Virus record (IMG/VR): IMGVR_UViG_3300042520_001372
Strand: one strand, 5' to 3'
Length of the DNA stretch: 64,000 bases
DNA from: a virus
Of the stretch, positions 9,086 through 16,764 are shown piece by piece (the stretch's first letter is position 1; the number at the start of each line of letters is the position of its first letter). The notes below the pieces were generated by a model. That model saw nothing but the letters and a program-made list of their open reading frames with translations, did not search any database and was not told where the DNA came from. Position numbers and translations under genes: made by a program.

Positions 9086-10108
9086 CTTAAAAAAGGTATC
9101 TGTTGCCCAATAATCAACATTCTTAATAAAATGTGCCAGGCCGTCCATCTCATAAAGCTCAACGAAATGGTTCTTGTGAAAGTCGTTATTCTCTTCGTTG
9201 ATGAGTCCGTTAATGTAATCAATCTGTCTATCATCTAAGATTGGATTCTTAAGATCCATTAACTTATAATGGTTAAGTAGGTTCTGACGTGCAAATAATA
9301 CCCGGGCATAGATCTGGTGCTCTGTTAAATGATCTTCAGCATAGTCGAAGATATCCTGCATTGACATCGGAACATCTAAGATATCCGGGAATAATTTTAA
9401 AAGCGTCTTTGGTCCTAATCCTTTAATGCCTTCAATCTTATCTGATTGGTCTCCAAGCATTGTTTTGTAGATAATAAAATTATCTGGATGAACCATAAAT
9501 TCTCTCTTAACGTCTTTTGGTCCGTAAAATACTTTTGTAACCGGTCTATAGAGAGTTACGTGGTCGTTAACTAGCTGAAGGTAATCCTTATCAGATGAAA
9601 CAATAATCATCTGTGAATTAAACCTCCGGGGTAACTCTTTAGCCATGTAAGCAATCATATCGTCTGCCTCTGCCTTATCGATCATCCCAACTTTAATTGG
9701 TAAACACTGAAGGTAATGAATGATCCTGGTTATCTGCCCAACCTTTGCATCATTTTCATCATCTAAGGATTCAAAAGCATCCCAGTTTGTAATTCGGTTA
9801 ATCCCTCTGTTTGACTTATATTCAGGCAGTAAATTCTTTCTGTTGGTAGAAGATCCTACTCCGTCGAAGATTACGTAAACGCCTGTCGGCTGTACCAGTT
9901 GAATTAATGAACCTAATGATCTAATGAATCCGGCCAGACCTCCAATGTGGGCTCCGTCGTTGTTAGTCATATTGATAGTTGCAAAGTTTCTAAAGAATAG
10001 ATTCAATGCATCAATAACTAATACGCGGGAGTGAAAATTTTCGTCTGTGGGTATTACTTCTTCTACCTCCTTGATGTTAGCAAGTAAGGCTTTGTATTCT
10101 GCTTTCAT
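9068..10108 (-). CDS. 5'-3' exonuclease / flap endonuclease (T4 RNase H-like)
   Basis: LVIDALN, IFDG, YKSNR, EADD, SSDKDYLQL, GDQSDKIEGIKGLGPKT. Confidence 0.92.
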   Translation of the reverse strand: MKAEYKALLANIKEVEEVIPTDENFHSRVLVIDALNLFFRNFATINMTNNDGAHIGGLAGFIRSLGSLIQLVQPTGVYVIFDGVGSSTNRKNLLPEYKSNRGINRITNWDAFESLDDENDAKVGQITRIIHYLQCLPIKVGMIDKAEADDMIAYMAKELPRRFNSQMIIVSSDKDYLQLVNDHVTLYRPVTKVFYGPKDVKREFMVHPDNFIIYKTMLGDQSDKIEGIKGLGPKTLLKLFPDILDVPMSMQDIFDYAEDHLTEHQIYARVLFARQNLLNHYKLMDLKNPILDDRQIDYINGLINEENNDFHKNHFVELYEMDGLAHFIKNVDYWATDTFFKLSKFK

Positions 10109-10116
10109 AACTTATT

Positions 10117-10153
10117 CTAATATAATAAAAAAGCCCTTGACTTGCAAGGGCTC
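10117..10153 (-). promoter_or_regulatory. Fused terminator / -33/-7 promoter (repeat copy)
   Basis: AGCCCTTG..CAAGGGCT hairpin plus T-tract overlapping TTG-N20-TATATTAG. Confidence 0.7.
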
Positions 10154-10175
10154 TTAAATGTTTATTTTTTGTTAA

Positions 10176-10889
10176 TTATCTACCGCTACTGGCTCCAATA
10201 CCTGTATCACTGTAGGTATCCCTAGCTGCTTTTTCATCTGCTAGTTGCATAGCTTCTTCGCTAGAATATTGTTTGCCGTTGTAGCTTAGCATTGGATGTA
10301 GGCCGTAATGTGCTGCATCTTCTAATGCTGCAAGAACAGCCATCCAATCATATTTTGTTAAATCTAACTCTGCAGATAATATATCGTTTGCTGAATCGTC
10401 CATTACAACTGTGTACCCTAGTTTTTCATAGTTTAAGTGATCTTGGGACTCTTCACCTTCGGGGAAATCAAATAATACTTTGCTTTCAGCAGCTTCGTTC
10501 ATCATTTTAGAACTAGAAGTTTTTTGGTAAATAATATACTCATATTGATCGCTGAATAGCACTGCTAATTTTGCACCAGGATATCCTTCTCCTGCTTCAA
10601 AGTCGTACATAACAGCCTCCCCTTCGTCACTATCCTCTTCAAAAGAAGCTTTTTCTTTTTCTAACATCTGTAATAAAGCTTTAGGGTCCATTTCCTTACG
10701 CTCTTCCATAGACCCTCCAGGTCCGCCACCAGCTTCAACTACTTCAACCGGTTTGTTCATGTCAATACCTGCTTGTGCAAAAGCTTCTGCTAAGTCTTGA
10801 GTCTCTTTTTCAAAGTACTCGTTTATCATTCTAGAATTAGTAGTTACCTTATTCTCTACTAAATACTTTTTTAAGTCAAAATTATCCAT
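10176..10889 (-). CDS. MDNFDLKKYLVEN-leader acidic protein 1 (putative head internal protein)
   Basis: Shared N-terminus; TATTTATA motif upstream; internal partial leader copy KTSSSKMMNE. Confidence 0.75.
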   Translation of the reverse strand: MDNFDLKKYLVENKVTTNSRMINEYFEKETQDLAEAFAQAGIDMNKPVEVVEAGGGPGGSMEERKEMDPKALLQMLEKEKASFEEDSDEGEAVMYDFEAGEGYPGAKLAVLFSDQYEYIIYQKTSSSKMMNEAAESKVLFDFPEGEESQDHLNYEKLGYTVVMDDSANDILSAELDLTKYDWMAVLAALEDAAHYGLHPMLSYNGKQYSSEEAMQLADEKAARDTYSDTGIGASSGR

Positions 10890-10970
10890 GTTTTGTTTTA
10901 GTTATAAATATAATCTAAAGATAAGAAAAAAGCCCCTGCAAAGCAAGGGCTCTTAAGTGTTTATTTTTAC
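10830..10970 (-). repeat. Cassette repeat: terminator, promoter, TATTTATA motif and leader-coding sequence
   Basis: Near-identical to about 11468-11602; similar to about 11810-11938. Confidence 0.9.
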
Positions 10971-10976
10971 TATACT

Positions 10977-11522
10977 CTAGTAAGCATAACCAGCAGGAAC
11001 GATGTCGTTCTCGGTTGATTCATTACCTTCTAAGTCATACCAGTAGGTATAAGCTTCTTCTCCATACTCTGCATTGTTCCAATCGTACTCTTGTCCAGAT
11101 ACACCGTAACCTTTAGGGTACTTGTATATAAAGATAACAATACCTCCCTCCATATCCTCTTCACCTACTTTAAAAGTAGTGCCGTTAGGAAATTCGACTT
11201 TACGAACTTTTTGTGGTTTTTTTTTAAGCTCTCCTTCTTTCTTTTCAGCTTCAGAAACAGTTTCATCAATTGATAGAGTTGATATTGTGTAAACTAAAAA
11301 ATCATTGATTTGTTTTTCAGAATAACCTTTCTCTAGTAAATCAAAAGCAACTGCATCAGCACCCTTCACAAACATGTGAAATTTCTCGCTAGAAGCTTCT
11401 TTCTCCATTTTTTCAATGGCATCATAATCAAAACCCGTATTGCTCGAGTATTCATTTGTTATCTGTGAGTTAGTAGTTACTTTATTTTCTACTAAGTACT
11501 TCTTTAAATCAAAATTATCCAT
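10977..11522 (-). CDS. MDNFDLKKYLVEN-leader acidic protein 2
   Basis: Same N-terminus, unrelated body. Confidence 0.75.
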   Translation of the reverse strand: MDNFDLKKYLVENKVTTNSQITNEYSSNTGFDYDAIEKMEKEASSEKFHMFVKGADAVAFDLLEKGYSEKQINDFLVYTISTLSIDETVSEAEKKEGELKKKPQKVRKVEFPNGTTFKVGEEDMEGGIVIFIYKYPKGYGVSGQEYDWNNAEYGEEAYTYWYDLEGNESTENDIVPAGYAY

Positions 11523-11602
11523 GTTTTGTTTTAGTTATAAATATAATCTAAAGATAAGAAAAAAGCCCCTGCAAGGCAAGGGCTCTTCTGTGTTTATTTT
11601 TT
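11468..11602 (-). repeat. Cassette repeat copy
   Basis: Plus strand gttttgttttagttataaatataatctaaagataagaaaaaagcccctgcaa matches 10890-10941. Confidence 0.9.
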
Positions 11603-11610
11603 AGTTTTAT

Positions 11611-11874
11611 TTACAGTAAGTCACCGCTTTTTTCTAATTCCCTAAAGTAGTCCTTAATGCCTGTATAATTAGTAGATACATTCTTCCATTCTTGAGCGTA
11701 CTCCGCTACTTTCTTAGCTAATTCTCTAGGTGATAGATCTTCGTACTGTGGATGGGACATTACAAAGTCTTCAATAGCACTGTGAGAATTTTCGTTTTCT
11801 GCTTCTTCTATCATTCTAGAGTTTGCAGTAACCTTATTCTCAACAAGGTACTTTTTTAAATCAAAATTATCCAT
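11611..11874 (-). CDS. MDNFDLKKYLVEN-leader acidic protein 3
   Basis: Same N-terminus, unrelated body. Confidence 0.75.
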   Translation of the reverse strand: MDNFDLKKYLVENKVTANSRMIEEAENENSHSAIEDFVMSHPQYEDLSPRELAKKVAEYAQEWKNVSTNYTGIKDYFRELEKSGDLL

Positions 11875-11909
11875 TTTTTTCTTTTGTTATAAATAGACTT
11901 AAAGAAACG

Positions 11910-11936
11910 AAAAAAGCCCCTGCAAAGCAAGGGCTC
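11910..11936 (-). terminator. Intrinsic terminator after recA-like gene (repeat copy)
   Basis: Minus strand AGCCCTTGC-ttt-GCAGGGGCT then T-tract. Confidence 0.8.
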
Positions 11937-11957
11937 TTCTTAAAAGTTTTTGGAATC

Positions 11958-13037
11958 TTATTCCGGCTCTTCTTGGAAATAACCGGGTGTTGAATCCTCA
12001 TAAGCTTCTTCTACTACATCGAAGTCTCCTCCTCCTAGAATGGCTGACCATTCTTTGGCATGAGCATCTTTGTACTTCTTAAGCTCTTTCTCATCATCGT
12101 TGATAAATCCGTGAGGTGTCATAATGATCCTGCCTCGGGTTGTAATTCCATTGATATGATTCTTATCAATCTGAAGATTAGTTCTCTTAGCAAATTCTAC
12201 CTGTTTACCATCCTTGATTGCTTTAATCTTGGAAGTACCTGCATTCATAATGTTACCAAACGTTACTACAAAAGTTGCATCATACCACATGGCAAATCCA
12301 CCTTTGTTCATAAGCTTGGGTTGACCCATTGGTGATTCAGGCTTTTGAGTCCATACCTTGTTTACTACTACTAATGTATTAGTATACGGTGAAGACTCTT
12401 TCCTTGACATTACAATCCGTTGATTTACTCCATTACCGAACTGAGTTGACATTGCACCTGCATTCCATTCGTTATTATTCTTGTTAGAACGTACTGAAAG
12501 TTCGCAAGGTACTGAACCGATTGAATCCCAAAGGAATAAAAGATCGTGAGGTAAGCTTCCTTTCTTCTGTTCGTCAATTAAATCTAGAATAAATCCAGCA
12601 ACATCCTCGATTGTATTTAGAGTCTCTCTATCAACGTAGATAAAGAATCCACCGTAATCAACAACCTCACCGGTTCGTTCATCAACCGTTTGATTTACTT
12701 GCAGACCCATTTGAATAGCATGTTCCCAATTCCATTTCATCTCTGTAATAATGAATACTGGAAGGATGCCTGCTTTCTGGGCTGATACTGCAGCTTCAAG
12801 CAATGCTGTAGTCTTTCCTGTATCAGAATGACCTCTCAGCATTACAATGTGACCCATCGGGATTCCCGGGATTGAAGTCACCTCTTGGAAAGATGGTGAT
12901 AGAGGAATCCACTGCTGATCCTTAAATTTTACGTTACCTGTTAAGAGCTTCTTCTCTTTGAACTTATCTAAAGAGAATCCTTTCTTAAGCTCGGCAGACA
13001 CGGCCTCTGTTAAAGAAGCTTTTTCTTTCTTAGCCAT
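11958..13037 (-). CDS. RecA/UvsX-like recombinase
   Basis: Walker A GHSDTGKT, FIITE, FLWDSIGS, VVNKVW, KGG. Confidence 0.85.
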   Translation of the reverse strand: MAKKEKASLTEAVSAELKKGFSLDKFKEKKLLTGNVKFKDQQWIPLSPSFQEVTSIPGIPMGHIVMLRGHSDTGKTTALLEAAVSAQKAGILPVFIITEMKWNWEHAIQMGLQVNQTVDERTGEVVDYGGFFIYVDRETLNTIEDVAGFILDLIDEQKKGSLPHDLLFLWDSIGSVPCELSVRSNKNNNEWNAGAMSTQFGNGVNQRIVMSRKESSPYTNTLVVVNKVWTQKPESPMGQPKLMNKGGFAMWYDATFVVTFGNIMNAGTSKIKAIKDGKQVEFAKRTNLQIDKNHINGITTRGRIIMTPHGFINDDEKELKKYKDAHAKEWSAILGGGDFDVVEEAYEDSTPGYFQEEPE

Positions 13038-13043
13038 AGTCTA

Positions 13044-13907
13044 TTAGAAAGGTAAGTCGTTGGTGTCGTCGTTGAATAAAGAATCGAACTTGTCGGCTTT
13101 TGATTCTACTTTCTTTCCTTGAGATTCTAGAGTAAATGGATTCTCAGATTTTTTCCAAGGAAGTTCTTCCTTTGCAGGAGCAGCAGGCTTTGCATCATCA
13201 AAGTTAGTTACAGGCTCAGAAGAGATTACTCCTTCTTCTTCGTCAGGTGCTAACCATTTCTGCAATACAGACTTCATGTCATCGAAAGACATTCTTGAGA
13301 ATACTTTCAAAGGATCTGGTTGATCGTTCAAGATAGTTTGTAACAATGTGTCGTCATCGGTCAAAGTAGATTCTTTAGTACGTGCACGAACGGTTGTTTT
13401 GTTAAAACCAGTTCCTGTAGTTTCAGCACCCACTGTAGTCAAATTCAAGTCACGACCTGAAATGATATCAGTGTAATCCCCGATGTCTTCATCTTCTACC
13501 ATAGAAAGTAATTCCATGTAGATTTCTTTACCAAAGCCCCAAAGTTTAACTCCGTCTGCTTCTTCACCTCTAACGATAACGGGTACAAATACCCTCATTT
13601 TAGGATCAAGTTTACGTGCTAGTCTCCAAGACTCTTTGTCTTTACTGGTTCTTAACTGCTTGGCGAATTCAACGATAGGATCTTTATCACCCCAGTTTGT
13701 TGGAGAGATGATTGGATTCTTGTCGATTCCGTAGTGAAAATACAGTTCCGAAAAAGGATTTGATTTATTGTACGCGGAAGGTACAATACGGATTGTTTGC
13801 TTGCCCACGGCAGGTTTCCAGAAGACATTCTTACGTGCCTCTCCGGAAGGACGGCTTTGTTGAGTTTGCAAAGCATTCAGCTTTGCTTTAATTGAATTGA
13901 TATCCAT
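13044..13907 (-). CDS. Single-stranded DNA-binding protein (gp32-like)
   Basis: FWKP..GKQTIRIVP, PFSELYFHY, GVKLWGFGK, GRDL, acidic tail ending DLPF. Confidence 0.85.
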   Translation of the reverse strand: MDINSIKAKLNALQTQQSRPSGEARKNVFWKPAVGKQTIRIVPSAYNKSNPFSELYFHYGIDKNPIISPTNWGDKDPIVEFAKQLRTSKDKESWRLARKLDPKMRVFVPVIVRGEEADGVKLWGFGKEIYMELLSMVEDEDIGDYTDIISGRDLNLTTVGAETTGTGFNKTTVRARTKESTLTDDDTLLQTILNDQPDPLKVFSRMSFDDMKSVLQKWLAPDEEEGVISSEPVTNFDDAKPAAPAKEELPWKKSENPFTLESQGKKVESKADKFDSLFNDDTNDLPF

Positions 13908-13917
13908 AAGTTTTATT

Positions 13918-13948
13918 TAAATGTATGAAAATTGCTTTAGACTAGCAA
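13918..13948 (-). promoter_or_regulatory. Bacteroidota-type -33/-7 promoter for ssb-recA
   Basis: TTG-N20-TACATTTA. Confidence 0.6.
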
Positions 13949-13980
13949 CTTAAAGTTTAATAATTTTACAGAGTTTGCTT

Positions 13981-14310
13981 TTACTCAGGTAGACCGTTGG
14001 GTTCTCCTAAGATTCCGTGAATAACTCTTCGGAATGTCTTTTGAAATTCTTTTTGCAGAGTTGCCATAACCTCTTCCTGTTGTTCCGGATTATCTTTTAA
14101 GATTTGCATTTTACCGTTAGAACCATCATGATACATTGCGCTCATTTTAAAGAACACCATGGGAGAATTCCCTTCCCCATCATCCACAATTTGCATTTTA
14201 ATAGTAGGTATATCATCAAACTCATTATCGTCCTGTAGTTTATTAAACTCAACAGACTCTTGATGTAACCTATTTTCAACAAGGTACTTTTTTAAGTCGA
14301 AATTATCCAT
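13981..14310 (-). CDS. MDNFDLKKYLVEN-leader protein 4
   Basis: Same 13-aa leader; TATTTATT motif 3 nt upstream of ATG. Confidence 0.75.
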   Translation of the reverse strand: MDNFDLKKYLVENRLHQESVEFNKLQDDNEFDDIPTIKMQIVDDGEGNSPMVFFKMSAMYHDGSNGKMQILKDNPEQQEEVMATLQKEFQKTFRRVIHGILGEPNGLPE

Positions 14311-14321
14311 GTTAATAAATA

Positions 14322-14777
14322 TTAAAGTTCAACAATCTGGTGAATCTTTGTGCGTAGAAGCTTAAGATCACCTTGTTGGGTCAATAAAATCGTATTCTTG
14401 TAATGCAGCCAGTTGATTCTAAAGTTCGTATCAACAATGCCTTCGTTTAGGCTCTTAATCAATTCGTTTAAAGCATTAATCGTATAAAGGGTATTTGACT
14501 CTTTTTTTCTATGAACTAGGATAGTATTCTCTGGAATGTTATTAATGTTAGGTTGATCAACATTGTAGGTACAAACGTATTCGTCATTGCTCTTGATATG
14601 CAAAACAAAAATCTTATTATATAAAATAGTATATTCGCTAGATATATCCTTTATAAAGGAATCCACTTCATTTAGTGGTACGAATGTACAAAATAACTTA
14701 TTATTCACGTCTCCGGTATTGATAGTTTCTCTATCATAAATATCAAAGGGGCTGTAAAGTGTTGTAGTCTGGTCCAT
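14322..14777 (-). CDS. Hypothetical protein coupled to PolA-like gene
   Basis: 151-aa ORF overlapping the PolA-like gene. Confidence 0.7.
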   Translation of the reverse strand: MDQTTTLYSPFDIYDRETINTGDVNNKLFCTFVPLNEVDSFIKDISSEYTILYNKIFVLHIKSNDEYVCTYNVDQPNINNIPENTILVHRKKESNTLYTINALNELIKSLNEGIVDTNFRINWLHYKNTILLTQQGDLKLLRTKIHQIVEL

Positions 14778-16026
14778 AACTTGTTTTTATTTGTAGGTTT
14801 TTGTCTTTAAATACTGTTAATATCTGCTTAATCTCTTCTTTATCCTGCTTATTAACATCTAATAAGAAAGCATCATAAGTATAAAGTACTAATTTTGTCT
14901 CCTTATTATTAATAATATAGATGATTTCTTTAAGGATTGCAACATTGCTGTAAGTTTCCCAATGCTGAATAACGTAATTAAACAGTTTCTGTGGGTTCAT
15001 ATTGGGTAAATCGCTTTGTTTAAATACTTTTCCTGTCTGCTCAACAGTGTATTTACCTGTCTTCATAAACGTACTCCAGATCTGTTCGATAAGCTTTTGA
15101 GTTAATTTAAAGAATTCAAAGTCTTTGTACTGATCGAAGATATGCCCGTATAGCTGCTTAAATACTAATCCTTTTGCTTCAGTTCGGTCCATTCCGTACT
15201 TAGCTGCAAAATCTTCATAAATATCTCCGGTCGGTGAATCATAACCAACCATCTGTCCAATCAACGTAGGATGATAAGCAGTCAAGTCAATCTCTAATAA
15301 AAAGTCGTTTCTTGGTATAAAAACCGATCTAGAACCGTTTTCCTTAGGTAAAGCAGCAAAGTTTAAGCTGTTAAACGTGTTGGAAGGTCGGCCGGTAGTA
15401 GTATTGAGGTTGTATTGAGTGAATGTATAAGAGTTATAGCGGGATAGAAAGGGTCTCTTCAAGTCAAAGTATCTTTCAAAGGCACTATTAACCTTTAAGC
15501 CGTTTCTTTCTATAAACCAGAATACATTAGATAAATCATCATGATACTCATTAGGGATATATTTTTTAATCACTGGAAGATATTCATCGAATATAATCTC
15601 ACACTGCTCAAAATGCTTTACTATCGGAATTATTAAATTAAGATCCTCCTCTGTATGGTATCTTTGAGAGAAATAACTATGAGCATGAGTCTGCTTTTTT
15701 ACTTCTTTATGCTCAAACAAATTCAGATCGTAAGTATTTGTACCAAAGTAAGTGTGGCTTAATGCTTTTTTATCCGGAGTATAGATTTTCTTAAAAGTTC
15801 TTAGGTATTCTTTAACCTGCAAAGGATCAAACTGTAATGCTTCCGGATGAGAGTAGTTAACTAAGAAGCCTTTCGGCTGGGTAACGTCTCTAAGGTATAA
15901 ACATAACGGAGCATAAATGCTTGGATGCATTTCCGGATGCCTTTGAATCGGAAGTACAAAGATTTCCGGTCCTAATTCAAACTGTACTTTATCAAACTGC
16001 TCTTGAGTCTCTGCTAGCCAAAACAT
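14743..16026 (-). CDS. Short family A DNA polymerase-like protein
   Basis: TTTGRPS, motif A LLEIDLTAYHP, motif B RTEAKGLVFKQLYG, NYVIQ, motif C LYTYDAFL. Confidence 0.8.
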   Translation of the reverse strand: MFWLAETQEQFDKVQFELGPEIFVLPIQRHPEMHPSIYAPLCLYLRDVTQPKGFLVNYSHPEALQFDPLQVKEYLRTFKKIYTPDKKALSHTYFGTNTYDLNLFEHKEVKKQTHAHSYFSQRYHTEEDLNLIIPIVKHFEQCEIIFDEYLPVIKKYIPNEYHDDLSNVFWFIERNGLKVNSAFERYFDLKRPFLSRYNSYTFTQYNLNTTTGRPSNTFNSLNFAALPKENGSRSVFIPRNDFLLEIDLTAYHPTLIGQMVGYDSPTGDIYEDFAAKYGMDRTEAKGLVFKQLYGHIFDQYKDFEFFKLTQKLIEQIWSTFMKTGKYTVEQTGKVFKQSDLPNMNPQKLFNYVIQHWETYSNVAILKEIIYIINNKETKLVLYTYDAFLLDVNKQDKEEIKQILTVFKDKNLQIKTSYGPDYNTLQPL

Positions 16027-16036
16027 AACCTTTAAC

Positions 16037-16067
16037 TAAAGATACGGGATTTGAATGTAGAATCCTA
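16037..16067 (-). promoter_or_regulatory. -33/-7-type promoter for PolA-like gene
   Basis: TAG-N20-TATCTTTA. Confidence 0.5.
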
Positions 16068-16760
16068 CTTCTTATAGAACTTAAGGTAATCCTCTTTTAA
16101 GAATTGATCAAAACCAAAAAGCTGTAAGTTTACAACTCTCTTCCGAACAATGCTTTGGTTTGTTTGATATACTTGAGATTCCTGCCCGGCTAGTAACCAA
16201 GGTAATGAGAAAGGAACATATTGCTCCCAAAAGAACTTAGGATCTCCAGATGCCAGGCTATCAAACTGCTGCTTATCTAACTCAAGGTAAAGATTCTCAT
16301 TTGCTTTCTTACAAAAGTATCTTTCATATTCTCCAATCTTATAATCATTCTCATCAGGAATAGGAGTTATTCCGTAAGGTAAAAACCGTACTTGATAGTC
16401 TTGAGCTGTGAATTTTTTAATAGCTGTATACTCATTAACTACCTGCTGTTGAAATAACTGATAATTAACTGTTGGTTGATTCTGGATATCGTATGAGCTT
16501 CCGCCTGGTCTTATATTCGGAACATCTAAGTTAAAAGCAACTCCAACCTGTTGGTATTGAGTACCAGCATTTGTTTCGTTATCTCCAAAAGGTAGAATCT
16601 CTCTTGCGTTTGGATCTTGCGGACCTACTCCTGCAAAATACTGCCCTGTTGCAATCTCATAATAAGGACCAGAGTAAGGTTCACCCGTAGCTCTATCAAT
16701 ATACTCCCCGGGATTGGCAGTTAATCCTGTTTTGACGTAATGTTTGGGTAAGTATGCCAT
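16065..16760 (-). CDS. Hypothetical protein at end of baseplate operon
   Basis: 231-aa ORF co-oriented with tail genes. Confidence 0.65.
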   Translation of the reverse strand: MAYLPKHYVKTGLTANPGEYIDRATGEPYSGPYYEIATGQYFAGVGPQDPNAREILPFGDNETNAGTQYQQVGVAFNLDVPNIRPGGSSYDIQNQPTVNYQLFQQQVVNEYTAIKKFTAQDYQVRFLPYGITPIPDENDYKIGEYERYFCKKANENLYLELDKQQFDSLASGDPKFFWEQYVPFSLPWLLAGQESQVYQTNQSIVRKRVVNLQLFGFDQFLKEDYLKFYKK

Positions 16761-16764
16761 AGTC

